This document shows, piece by piece, positions 27,586 to 36,758 of a stretch of DNA of 64,000 bases; the first letter of the stretch is position 1, and every line of letters begins with the position of its first letter. The stretch is from Minisyncoccia bacterium (lineage in GTDB: Bacteria; Patescibacteriota; Minisyncoccia; UBA6257; 2-01-FULL-56-20). The DNA lies in the NCBI GenBank assembly GCA_050015515.1, contig JBEKBG010000002.1, positions 18,777 through 82,776 of the forward strand. The letters are read 5' to 3'. The position numbers and the translations under genes were made by a program. The notes beneath the pieces were generated by a model, which was not told the DNA's origin, searched no databases, and was given only the letters and a program-made list of their open reading frames with translations.

Positions 27586-27954
27586 ATGAAAGCTATAAAG
27601 AAACTTAATCAAAAAAGGATCCGTCGTGTCGCGCGTACCCGCGCGGCGATTTCCGGCACCGCCGTGCGCCCGCGCCTGACCGTGCGACGCACCAATCGCT
27701 ACTTCTACGCCCAGCTCGTTGACGACGTAAAAGGAAATACGATCCTTTCCGCATCAAGCTTTACCATTGCGAAGGCGGCGAAGGCTGCAAAAGAGAACAA
27801 GACGGCGAACGCGTTTTCTGTCGGCGAACTCATCGGAAAGCAGGCGAGCGAAAAGGGGATCAAATCCGCAGTATTCGATCGCCGTTCATACAAGTTCCAC
27901 GGCCGGGTAAAGAGCTTCGTCGATGGAGCAAAAAAAGGCGGACTCACTATATAA
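27586..27954 (+). CDS. rplR: 50S ribosomal protein L18
   Basis: RPRLTVRRTNRYFYAQLVDD. Confidence 0.92.
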   Translation: MKAIKKLNQKRIRRVARTRAAISGTAVRPRLTVRRTNRYFYAQLVDDVKGNTILSASSFTIAKAAKAAKENKTANAFSVGELIGKQASEKGIKSAVFDRRSYKFHGRVKSFVDGAKKGGLTI

Positions 27955-27958
27955 CACC

Positions 27959-28459
27959 ATGGCAGAACAAACATCATCCCCAAGGACATTCAACCGTCGG
28001 CCGGACCGCGTGCGCCCCGTGGTGCACGAGGAGTTCAAAGAGCGCGTGCTCGACAATCGCCGCGTGACCCGCGTCGTTGCCGGAGGCAAGCGCTTCCGTT
28101 TCCGCGTCACGATCGTGATCGGCGACGAGCGTGGCCGTGTCGGCATTGGCGTGGCGAAGGGTCTCGACGTCCAGCAGGCGGTCGCAAAGGCGAAGACCGA
28201 CGCAAAGAAGCACCTACTCGTGGTCAGCCTCAAGGACGGTCGCACGATCGCGCACGAGGTGATCGCAAAGTACAGCGCCGCCAAGGTGATGATCAAACCG
28301 GCCAGCAAGGGGCATGGTCTCCGCGCGGGGGGTTCGGTGCGGTTCGTGCTTGCGTTCGCGGGCATCAAGGACGCCACCGCAAAGGTGCTCGGCCGTACGC
28401 CGAACAAACTGACGAACGCAATGGCCACCATCGAAGCCCTAAAAAAATTGAAAGCATGA
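27959..28459 (+). CDS. rpsE: 30S ribosomal protein S5
   Basis: Start MAEQTSS… at 27959; RVTRVVAGGKRFRFRVTIVIGD; followed directly by L15 (no L30 gene). Confidence 0.92.
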   Translation: MAEQTSSPRTFNRRPDRVRPVVHEEFKERVLDNRRVTRVVAGGKRFRFRVTIVIGDERGRVGIGVAKGLDVQQAVAKAKTDAKKHLLVVSLKDGRTIAHEVIAKYSAAKVMIKPASKGHGLRAGGSVRFVLAFAGIKDATAKVLGRTPNKLTNAMATIEALKKLKA

Positions 28460-28496
28460 AATTAAAGGCATAAGCTGAGCGAATATTATTACTACC

Positions 28497-28937
28497 ATGA
28501 AACTTCATTCACGAACTTCTCTCCGCCCTAAGCGTCTTCAGCGCATCGGCCGTAGCGGCAAGCGCGGCAGTTATTCCGGCCGTGGTGTCAAAGGACAGCG
28601 CTCCCGCTCGGGACACCGCATCCGTCCGGCGGAACGCGATATCATTCTGAAGATCCCGAAGATGCGCGGATTCCGGAATAAGGAAAAGGCTGATGCGCCC
28701 GTCGTGTTCAATCTCGGTACGCTTTCCGGCAAGCTGAAGATACACGTGAGGGTTGGCGCCCCGCTTGAGGTCAGCTATGCACTTTTAAAGACCGTAAAGT
28801 TGTTAAAGAAAGATTATAAAGGCGTCGTAAAGATCCTTGGAACGGGGGATATCGCGTTCCCGATCGCTATCAGTGGCTTTGAAGTGTCAGCCAGCGCGAA
28901 AGCAAAAATCGAGAAAGCCGGTGGTAGTGTAAAATAA
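28497..28937 (+). CDS. rplO: 50S ribosomal protein L15
   Basis: Basic Gly-rich N-terminus RPKRLQRIGRSGKRG…; 146 aa. Confidence 0.92.
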   Translation: MKLHSRTSLRPKRLQRIGRSGKRGSYSGRGVKGQRSRSGHRIRPAERDIILKIPKMRGFRNKEKADAPVVFNLGTLSGKLKIHVRVGAPLEVSYALLKTVKLLKKDYKGVVKILGTGDIAFPIAISGFEVSASAKAKIEKAGGSVK

Positions 28938-29004
28938 AACAAATATGAACAGCCCTTTGCCTCCCCAAGATGGACCGTTCGGCAAAGGGCTGTTCATATT
29001 TGTT
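28938..29004. repeat. perfect 24-bp-arm palindrome between rplO and secY
   Basis: AACAAATATGAACAGCCCTTTGCC-(19 nt TCCCCAAGATGGACCGTTC)-GGCAAAGGGCTGTTCATATTTGTT; begins right after the rplO TAA. Confidence 0.8.
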
Positions 29005-29033
29005 TCCTTGTTTGTTTAATATAAGATAAAGAC

Positions 29034-30305
29034 ATGGAAAGATTTCTACAGATATTCAAAGTAAAGGAGCTCCGCAACAAGATCCTCATCGTGTTGGGGC
29101 TTTTGGTTGCCTATCGTGTGCTTGCCGCGATTCCGATCCCAGGGGTGAATGCGCAGGCGCTCCAGAATTATTTCAATTCCAACCAGCTGCTCGGGTTCCT
29201 CAACTTCTTCTCCGGTGGCGGACTCGCGAACCTTTCGGTCGTGATGCTTGGCGTCGGCCCGTACATCACTTCCACCATCGTCATGCAGCTCATGACCATC
29301 ATCTTCCCGAAGATGAAGGAGATGTATTACGAGGAGGGCGCCCGCGGCCAGGCGAAGTTCAACCAATACTCGCGTTTGCTCACCGTGCCGTTCGCGTTCG
29401 TGCAGTCCTACGGATTCCTGAGTCTGCTCATGTCGCAGGGCGTGATCCCGCATCCGGACGCGTTTGACCTGATCCGTAACGTGATTGTGATCACGTGCGG
29501 CTCGATGCTCGCGCTCTGGCTCGGCGAACTCATCACCGAAGAGAAGGTGGGCAACGGCATCTCACTCATCATCTTGGCTGGTATCCTGGCGCGCATCCCG
29601 CAGAGCGTCGGAACCGCGTTCGCGTCCTACACCGCCCAGCTTTTGACCTCGTATGTTGGGTTCCTCGTCGTGGGACTATTGCTCATCGCTGGCGTTGTAT
29701 ATCTGAACGAAGGCGAACGGAAAATACCTGTTGCGTACGCAAGGCGTGTTCGCGGCACCAAAATGTACGGTGGCGCACAAAGCTATCTGCCTCTCAAGGT
29801 GAATCAGGCGGGCATGATTCCGCTTATCTTTGCGATCTCCGTCCTGCTCTTCCCGCAATTCCTGGCAACGATCATCGCGCTCTTTTCGGCATCGTGGGGG
29901 CTAAAGGTAAGTGCCTTTGCGCAGGCCTTTGTGGCAAACCAGTTGTGGTACGGCATATTCTATTTCCTACTGGTATTTATCTTTACGTATTTCTATACCG
30001 CGATCACGTTCAATCCGGAAGAGGTTGCCAAAAATCTCCAGCAGAGCGGGGGATTTGTGCCGGGCATCCGGCCGGGCGAGAACACGGAGAAGTTCTTCCA
30101 TGGCGTGGTAAACCGCATCACGTTCTTCGGCGCGGCGTTCCTTGGTCTTATCGCGATCCTGCCGATCATCGTGCAATCGATCACGGGGGTCTCGGTTCTT
30201 ACGATCAGTGGCACCGCGTTATTGATCGTCGTTGCGGTTGCGCTCGAGACCATGCGCATGGTGGATTCGCAGTTGACGGTGAGGGAATATGAGGGCATAG
30301 AATAA
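29034..30305 (+). CDS. secY: preprotein translocase subunit SecY
   Basis: 423 aa, 10 TM, characteristic LGVGPYITSTIVMQL… GG…. Confidence 0.95.
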   Translation: MERFLQIFKVKELRNKILIVLGLLVAYRVLAAIPIPGVNAQALQNYFNSNQLLGFLNFFSGGGLANLSVVMLGVGPYITSTIVMQLMTIIFPKMKEMYYEEGARGQAKFNQYSRLLTVPFAFVQSYGFLSLLMSQGVIPHPDAFDLIRNVIVITCGSMLALWLGELITEEKVGNGISLIILAGILARIPQSVGTAFASYTAQLLTSYVGFLVVGLLLIAGVVYLNEGERKIPVAYARRVRGTKMYGGAQSYLPLKVNQAGMIPLIFAISVLLFPQFLATIIALFSASWGLKVSAFAQAFVANQLWYGIFYFLLVFIFTYFYTAITFNPEEVAKNLQQSGGFVPGIRPGENTEKFFHGVVNRITFFGAAFLGLIAILPIIVQSITGVSVLTISGTALLIVVAVALETMRMVDSQLTVREYEGIE

Positions 30306-30412
30306 AACACCCCTCCTTTGAAAGGACGGCGTTCCGGTCTGCTGACCGGCCGCCTTGGCTCTCGCCGCCTTCGCGGCTCCGAGACACCTTTCGAAGGAAG
30401 GGTGTGTTATTC
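30300..30412. repeat. long palindromic element, family 1 (near-identical core to 6931-7059)
   Basis: Arms GAATAAAACACCCCTCCTTTGAAAGG / CCTTTCGAAGGAAGGGTGTGTTATTC (3 mismatches); arm includes the secY TAA; core differs from the fusA copy only by compensatory CCAGCC…GGCTGG to CCGGTC…GACCGG. Confidence 0.8.
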
Positions 30413-30516
30413 TATGCCTGGTGACTAGAGAAAGAAGTATTGATAAACGATTGACGGATTTTCTAATGAAAGATATAATACCGCCAGGCTTCAAATAGGT
30501 TCTAGGAGGAAAGATC

Positions 30517-31005
30517 ATGGGTAGTGCGACGTGTGATGCGGGTAAGATAGCCACATTGGTTGGAGCATGTCAGGTCATGCTAGCAACGGTCCTGAGGGAG
30601 TTTGCCACTTTCAAAGAGTGGGAAGGTAAAAAGGGAGGTTATTTCTGCGTGGCAGACGGCCTTTCCGGAACTCCTCTACTGGTTGCGCTTGTCGGCGAAG
30701 TTCCGCTCGAGAAAGTGGAAAAGTATCTGGAATTCAGCCAGGAAAAGTCTCGGCGCCTCGCGTTTCAGATAGGGCACTTGAGCAGTTGGGAAAGTCGAGA
30801 CCCCAGTCACAACCAGTGGGGCGGCGCCATCCGCATCGAGGATATGATTTTTTCATTCTCGGGTTTGCCTGAGCTGGGAGACGAGGTTTTAATGTTGCTT
30901 GTCGGGCAAATGTATGGTCGAAGGGATAATATCTTGTTGGACGACCATCTTTGGGAAATCGTGAAACGCAGCAACAATCCCTACTGGGATGAGCGATTGG
31001 TCTAA
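30517..31005 (+). CDS. hypothetical protein inserted between secY and adk
   Basis: 162-aa ORF with good coding signal, no recognised motif. Confidence 0.4.
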   Translation: MGSATCDAGKIATLVGACQVMLATVLREFATFKEWEGKKGGYFCVADGLSGTPLLVALVGEVPLEKVEKYLEFSQEKSRRLAFQIGHLSSWESRDPSHNQWGGAIRIEDMIFSFSGLPELGDEVLMLLVGQMYGRRDNILLDDHLWEIVKRSNNPYWDERLV

Positions 31006-31026
31006 AAACTCTTTTTTCTTTGTGCA

Positions 31027-31060
31027 TGGCTATGGCTTCGGTCATAGCCATTTTTTTGCG
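31027..31060 (+). terminator. intrinsic terminator
   Basis: ATGGCTATG-GCTTCGGT-CATAGCCAT followed by TTTTTTT. Confidence 0.55.
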
Positions 31061-31094
31061 AAATTTAAATTTACTTGTTATCATATAGGTACCA

Positions 31095-31667
31095 ATGAAC
31101 TACAACATAATTTTTGTTGCCGGACCGCAGGGATCGGGCAAGGGGACGCAGGGGAAAAAACTGGCGGAAAAGCTGGGTTTTTTGTTTTGGGAGATGGGCG
31201 GGACGTTGCGTGCGATCCTCGCGAAGGGTGGGCCGCTGGCGGAGAAGATCAAGGCGATCGACCACGGGACCTTGCTTTCCGATGAGCTTATCATAGAGGT
31301 ATTAAGGGACCAGCTGCCGTTGATTCCACACGAACAGGGGATAATCTTCGACGGCGTGCCGCGCCGTTTGGGGCAGGGACAGTTTTTGGTGGAATATTTA
31401 AAGGAGCGCGGGATGGACAAAATGGCGACGATTTTCATCGACGTGCCGCGCGATGAATGCATCAAACGATTGTTGTTACGCGCCCGGCATGAGTCGCGGG
31501 TGGATGACACGCCGGATGCGATCGCGCACCGCTTCCGCGATTACGACGATGCGATAAAACCCGCGATGGATTATCTCAAAGAACATACGACCTTCATCAC
31601 GATCGACGGCACTCCGGCGCCGGATGTGATCGCGGAGAGCATCATGATGGCGCTTACTATGGCATAA
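31095..31667 (+). CDS. adk: adenylate kinase (short form, no zinc lid)
   Basis: P-loop GPQGSGKGTQ; LID/NMP regions present; 190 aa. Confidence 0.9.
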   Translation: MNYNIIFVAGPQGSGKGTQGKKLAEKLGFLFWEMGGTLRAILAKGGPLAEKIKAIDHGTLLSDELIIEVLRDQLPLIPHEQGIIFDGVPRRLGQGQFLVEYLKERGMDKMATIFIDVPRDECIKRLLLRARHESRVDDTPDAIAHRFRDYDDAIKPAMDYLKEHTTFITIDGTPAPDVIAESIMMALTMA

Positions 31668-31676
31668 ATAAAGACG

Positions 31677-32282
31677 ATGAATCCTGCGCCGAAGAATAAA
31701 AAGCCGTTCAATCTGATCCTCCTTGGCGATCCTGCGTCCGGGAAAGGAACTCAGGCGGTGCGCCTCGTCAAAAAATATCACTTTTATAATCTTGACATGG
31801 GGCGCGAGGTACGGAAGCCTGCCGCGCTCGCGCAGTATGATTATGCAAAAACGACGGGGATCGGGCATCTGACGCCCACCGCGGTCGTGCGAAATATCTT
31901 CAAGCGGGTGATCGCAGCGACACCCACAAGAAAGGGGATTCTTTTTAATGGCACTCCAAAGATGATCAACGAGGCGAAGCTCGTTGTGCGGGAGCTTGTG
32001 CGCGCGAAGCGCAGCGATCCGCTCGTTATTTATTTGAACATTCCGCAACGCGAGATGTTCAAACGCGCGGAACTCCGTAACCGTGATGACGACACCGCGC
32101 GTGCGTTGCGCAACCGCCAGAAATATTACAAAGCGCAGATCGCACTGGTGGTTGCATTTTTTGGCGAGCGGTATACCGTTAAGAAGATTTCCGGGATGGG
32201 AACCGAGGCCGCAGTGGAAAAAAAGATCAAAGCGGCCATCCGGAAGTATCACTATGGAACTACGAACTCCGCAAGAGATTGA
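31677..32282 (+). CDS. adenylate/nucleoside-monophosphate kinase family paralog
   Basis: P-loop GDPASGKGTQA; 201 aa; tandem to adk. Confidence 0.7.
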   Translation: MNPAPKNKKPFNLILLGDPASGKGTQAVRLVKKYHFYNLDMGREVRKPAALAQYDYAKTTGIGHLTPTAVVRNIFKRVIAATPTRKGILFNGTPKMINEAKLVVRELVRAKRSDPLVIYLNIPQREMFKRAELRNRDDDTARALRNRQKYYKAQIALVVAFFGERYTVKKISGMGTEAAVEKKIKAAIRKYHYGTTNSARD

Positions 32283-33015
32283 TATCATGGCGGAAGGCGG
32301 CCGTCGCCTTGGCGCTGTGCTGCAGAAACTGAGGGCGATGGTGGGGTCCGGCGTGACCACGCTCGCGTTGGATCACGCGGCGCGCGCGCTGATAGAGGCC
32401 GGCGGCGATGTGCCGGCATTTTTGAACTATCGCCCTGCGGGCGCGCGCCGCGCGTATCCCTACACGCTCTGCGCCTCAGTGAACAATGTTGTGGTGCATG
32501 GCCAACCGTCGGCGATGTGCGTTTTAAAAGAGGGCGATATCATTAAGCTCGACCTCGGGCTGGTCCATAAAAAATTCTATCTCGATGCCGCAATCACCGT
32601 CGGTGTCGGGCGTATAAGCGCCGAGGCGAAGAAACTTATGGCCGTCACGGAAGAGTCGCTTTACGCGGGAATAAAAGAAGCAAAGCCAGGCCGTACGCTC
32701 GGCGATATTGGCTACGCCATCGAGCGCGTGGTGCGCAAAAATAAATTTTCCGTCGCCGAGGGGTTGACCGGACACGGCATCGGTCGCGCACTTCACGAGG
32801 ATCCGACCGTGTTCAATTTTGGCGATCGTGGAACCGGTATAAAGCTCGTTCCGGGTATGGTGATCGCGATCGAGCCGATGGTCGCCGCCCACGGTGGCGA
32901 GATCGTCCAGCTGCGCGATGAAGGCTACGGCACCGCTGACCACTCCCTCGCAGCGCACTTTGAGCACACGGTGGCGATCACGGAAAAAGGGCCGAGAATA
33001 TTGACGAAAGTGTAG
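32254..33015 (+). CDS. map: methionine aminopeptidase type I
   Basis: Internal start MELRTPQEIDIM…; metal ligands in …DIIKLDLG… / …HGIGR… / …EPM… context. Confidence 0.88.
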   Translation: MELRTPQEIDIMAEGGRRLGAVLQKLRAMVGSGVTTLALDHAARALIEAGGDVPAFLNYRPAGARRAYPYTLCASVNNVVVHGQPSAMCVLKEGDIIKLDLGLVHKKFYLDAAITVGVGRISAEAKKLMAVTEESLYAGIKEAKPGRTLGDIGYAIERVVRKNKFSVAEGLTGHGIGRALHEDPTVFNFGDRGTGIKLVPGMVIAIEPMVAAHGGEIVQLRDEGYGTADHSLAAHFEHTVAITEKGPRILTKV

Positions 33016-33055
33016 TGCCTGCCGTACCCGTGTGGCGCGTGATATAATTATTCCA

Positions 33056-33790
33056 ATGGCTCAGCCTTATCTCTCCATCATCATCCCCGCGTACAACGAG
33101 GCCGAGCGTATTCCGCAGACGCTCGTTGATATGGACAAGCGCTTGAGTGGTGTCGACTACTCGTACGAAATTCTAGTGGTGAATGACGGCTCGAAAGACA
33201 ATACCGCGGCGGTGGTAAAGAACATGGCGAAGATGGTGAAGAATCTCAAGCTGGTCGACCTCAAGGAAAACGTCGGCAAGGGCGGTGCGGTCAAGCAGGG
33301 GATGTTGCTCGCCGCCGGGAAAGTGCGGCTCTTTACCGATGCGGACAATTCCACATCCATCGACCAGTTCGAGAAAATGATCCCGCTCTTTAAGGATGGT
33401 TATGGGGTGGTCATCGGCTCGCGCGCGCTCAAGAGCGCGCAGCTCGATCCGCCGGAACCGTTCTATCGGCAGGTCATCGGAAAGACGCTCAACTTTCTCG
33501 TTCAGCTGTTTTTGCTGCCCGGCATCTGGGATACGCAGTGCGGTTTTAAGGCATATACCGACGAGGCGGCGGAAAAGATATTCACCATTTCAAAGACCGT
33601 TGGTTGGGGATTCGACGTAGAAACGCTGGCGCTCGCCAAGCGATTGGGCTTCCGGATCAAGGAAATACCAGTGCATTGGGTCAATGACACCCGGTCACGC
33701 GTCAAGTTCTCCGGGGGGTTGCAATTTTTGGCGGAAACGTGTACAATTCGCTGGAGGTTGTGGAGGGATGGATACCATCTCAAGCGGTAA
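33056..33790 (+). CDS. family 2 glycosyltransferase (polyprenyl-phosphate sugar transferase-like)
   Basis: LSIIIPAYNEAERI, VVNDGSKDNT, DAD motif (…FTDADNS…). Confidence 0.8.
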   Translation: MAQPYLSIIIPAYNEAERIPQTLVDMDKRLSGVDYSYEILVVNDGSKDNTAAVVKNMAKMVKNLKLVDLKENVGKGGAVKQGMLLAAGKVRLFTDADNSTSIDQFEKMIPLFKDGYGVVIGSRALKSAQLDPPEPFYRQVIGKTLNFLVQLFLLPGIWDTQCGFKAYTDEAAEKIFTISKTVGWGFDVETLALAKRLGFRIKEIPVHWVNDTRSRVKFSGGLQFLAETCTIRWRLWRDGYHLKR

Positions 33791-33870
33791 ACCTTATAAT
33801 ATAACAAGCCAATTAACGTTATTCAGGCCGCTTTTACAGCGGTCATTATTAATCTATTATTCACTGATCA

Positions 33871-34329
33871 ATGAGCAAGCAGTACGTAACAAAAGATCGG
33901 TTGGAGGAGTTTAAAGCGGAGCTTGAGGATCTTAAGAACAAGCGCCGCAACGAGGTTGCCCAGCGTCTTCGGCAGGCAAAGGAGTATGGCGACCTTTCGG
34001 AAAATTCCGAGTATGCGGAAGCGCGCGAAGAACAGGCAAACGTCGAGACGCGCATTTTTGAGCTGGAAGATCTTTTAAAGGATGCAGTGGTGATCGAAAA
34101 GACGGAGGATAACGGCGTTATACAGATCGGGTCGGTGGTCACTATAAAGAAGGATGAAAAAACGTCGGCTTACACGATCGTCGGCAAACATGAGGCAAAG
34201 CCGGAGGAAGGCAAAATATCCGACGAATCGCCGCTCGGCAAGGCGTTTTTGAAGCATAAGGTGGGGGATAAGATCAACGTCACGACGCCGGCGGGGGTGA
34301 TGACGTATGAGATTTTGAAGATTCAATAG
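33871..34329 (+). CDS. greA: transcription elongation factor GreA
   Basis: N-terminal coiled coil with DLSENSEY acidic tip; C-terminal FKBP-like domain. Confidence 0.9.
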   Translation: MSKQYVTKDRLEEFKAELEDLKNKRRNEVAQRLRQAKEYGDLSENSEYAEAREEQANVETRIFELEDLLKDAVVIEKTEDNGVIQIGSVVTIKKDEKTSAYTIVGKHEAKPEEGKISDESPLGKAFLKHKVGDKINVTTPAGVMTYEILKIQ

Positions 34330-34348
34330 CTCGCGGTATCATTAAGGA

Positions 34349-35830
34349 ATGCTGGAAGATATCATTACGGAGCGGCGGAAGAAGCTGGATGCGATAAAAG
34401 CGGCCGGTATTGATCCGTATCCGGCGCGGGTAAAGCGCTCGTTCGCGATCGCGCACGCGCTTGCGGAGTTTGACGCGCTTGCGACGGCATCAGCGTCGTC
34501 CTCGGCATCGGGCGGTGAAAAGATCTCGCTTACGGGCCGCGTGCGGAGCTTACGCGACCAGGGCAAGATCATATTTGCGGACATCGAGGACGAATCGGGA
34601 ACGATCCAGGCGGTACTAAAAGAGGATGCGTTGAGCGAGCTCCCATTTTGGCGCTCGGTACTCGACATGGGTGATTTTATTTCCGTCACCGGGCTTTTAT
34701 TCACCACGAAGCGCGGTGAGAAAAGTATTGAGGCGCACGAGCTCCAACTTGCGTCGAAGAGCCTCTTACCAATGCCTGATAAATGGGAAGGTTTGCAGGA
34801 TGACGACATTCGGTTTCGCAAGCGCTACCTCGACCTCATCGCGGGAGAAAATCTCCGTGAACTGTTTCGCAAGAAGACCATTTTCTGGGAAACATTCCGC
34901 AACGCGCTCAAGCGCGAAGGATTTTTGGAAGTGGAAACGCCGGTACTCGAGAATCTTCCCGGTGGCGCGGAGGCGGCACCGTTCAAAACACATCACAACG
35001 CGCTCGACACGGAATTTTATCTGCGCATCTCTTTGGAATTGCCGCTCAAGCGTTTGCTTGTCGGTGGATACGACAAAGTATTCGAGATCGGGCGCATTTT
35101 CCGCAACGAGGGCATCGACCGCGAGCACTTGCAGGATTACACCCAGCTGGAATTTTATTGGGCGTACAGCGACTATCACGATGTGATGCGGCTGACGGAA
35201 AAAATATATAAAGAGGTGATTGAGAAAACCTGCGGTGGGCTCGTTACGGAATTTGCTGGCGGTGCAAAAAAAATAGACTGGTCAAAAAAGTGGCCGACGG
35301 TGGATTACGTGGAGGCATTTAAAAAAGCGAACGACGGTCTCGACCCGATCAGCGCCAGCCACGCGGAGCTGTTGGCAAAAGCAAAAGAGCTGAAGTTGGA
35401 AGCCGATAAGAGCGCAGGTAAGGGACGGCTCATTGATCTGATATTTAAGAAGACCGTGCGATCGACGCTCATTGAGCCGTGCTTCTTGATAAATCCGCCC
35501 GTGGAAATCGAGCCGCTCGCCAAGCGGCATCCGGAGAATCCGGCGGTCGTGGAGCGGTTCCAGATCGTCGCGTGCGGTACGGAGCTCGGCAAAGGATTTT
35601 CGGAGCTCAACGATCCGGATGACCAGCGTACGCGATTTGAGGAGCAGATGAAGCTTCGCGCGGCAGGGGACGCCGAAGCGCAATATCTCGACGAGGACTT
35701 TTTGGAGGCGTTGCAGTATGGCATGCCGCCGGCGGGCGGGTTCGGCGTGAGCGAGCGACTGTTCTCGATTTTGATGGATATGCCGGTGCGCGAGACGGTG
35801 TTTTTTCCATTGATGCGGGAGAAGAAATAA
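34349..35830 (+). CDS. lysS: lysyl-tRNA synthetase, class II
   Basis: N-terminal anticodon-binding OB fold; class II motifs FRNEG, …GGFGVSERL…. Confidence 0.92.
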   Translation: MLEDIITERRKKLDAIKAAGIDPYPARVKRSFAIAHALAEFDALATASASSSASGGEKISLTGRVRSLRDQGKIIFADIEDESGTIQAVLKEDALSELPFWRSVLDMGDFISVTGLLFTTKRGEKSIEAHELQLASKSLLPMPDKWEGLQDDDIRFRKRYLDLIAGENLRELFRKKTIFWETFRNALKREGFLEVETPVLENLPGGAEAAPFKTHHNALDTEFYLRISLELPLKRLLVGGYDKVFEIGRIFRNEGIDREHLQDYTQLEFYWAYSDYHDVMRLTEKIYKEVIEKTCGGLVTEFAGGAKKIDWSKKWPTVDYVEAFKKANDGLDPISASHAELLAKAKELKLEADKSAGKGRLIDLIFKKTVRSTLIEPCFLINPPVEIEPLAKRHPENPAVVERFQIVACGTELGKGFSELNDPDDQRTRFEEQMKLRAAGDAEAQYLDEDFLEALQYGMPPAGGFGVSERLFSILMDMPVRETVFFPLMREKK

Positions 35831-35846
35831 TTTTCATTATCAAAAT

Positions 35847-36743
35847 ATGGATAAAAAGAGTCCAGAGGCGATGAGCACGGACATGGAGGGCGGCGTCGAT
35901 ACGGCGGGCCAATCCGCAGAACAGCCGGAAGCGGGCTTGGAAGCCCAAAAGGAATCGATTGAAAATCCTTCGGAAAAATCTCCCGAAACAGAAATAAACG
36001 AGACTGTGGGCGAAATAGACCATGTTGATCAAGAAGTTTTTACTGCCCAAAAATCCATTGCTGATACAGAAGCGAAGTTAGCCGAATTGAGAGAGGGTAT
36101 GGGCATGCCGCCTAACGGCGAGAACTCTCCGGCTGCGGGATTTCAGAATGAGAAGATCAAGCAACTCGAAAAGCGTAAGGAAGAATTGGGTCAGCAAAAA
36201 GAAGATTGGATAAAACAGCATGGGCGCGAAAATCTCCCAGATGGCGTAGCGCTCGATGATGAGGAGGGCGGGCGAGAAGCGAAGGGCGGTTCTCTCGAAA
36301 AAGAGGAAGACCAGGAAAGGGATGACAAGGAGAAGAAAGAAGACCTCGAGCTTCGCAAGAAATGGATCAAGAAATGGGAAGAAGATTCAGTGAAGCATTT
36401 TGAGAACGCCATGCGGGAAGATTGGCGGACGAAGGACGCGATGAACCTTGACCTCACGATCCAACTGATGAAACTCCGCGTGCCGAAAGCAATGGATAAG
36501 AAAGCGGAAGAATTTCTTAATGGGACTGTTGATGAGCCGCCATTTTCCACTGTTTGGATGAGATGGCAGACCTCATCGCCGCTGGACAAAATCCTTAATA
36601 AGCCAAATTGGATCGGCAAGCTGGAGATCACCTTCGACGATGAAGTTCAGAAAATCGCCGAGGAGAGCGAGTTGAAGAAAGAAGAAAAAGAAGACGTAGA
36701 AAACAAGAAAACGGAACAGGATACTACGCAAGAGGTTCACTAA
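35847..36743 (+). CDS. acidic coiled-coil protein, hypothetical
   Basis: 298 aa, E/K/D-rich low-complexity protein. Confidence 0.4.
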   Translation: MDKKSPEAMSTDMEGGVDTAGQSAEQPEAGLEAQKESIENPSEKSPETEINETVGEIDHVDQEVFTAQKSIADTEAKLAELREGMGMPPNGENSPAAGFQNEKIKQLEKRKEELGQQKEDWIKQHGRENLPDGVALDDEEGGREAKGGSLEKEEDQERDDKEKKEDLELRKKWIKKWEEDSVKHFENAMREDWRTKDAMNLDLTIQLMKLRVPKAMDKKAEEFLNGTVDEPPFSTVWMRWQTSSPLDKILNKPNWIGKLEITFDDEVQKIAEESELKKEEKEDVENKKTEQDTTQEVH

Positions 36744-36758
36744 AAGAGCAATCGAATT

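Noticed and set aside
30994-31060. Possible tRNA or small RNA in the secY-adk spacer
   Set aside because: It is only a simple hairpin plus T-run (terminator) with no cloverleaf.
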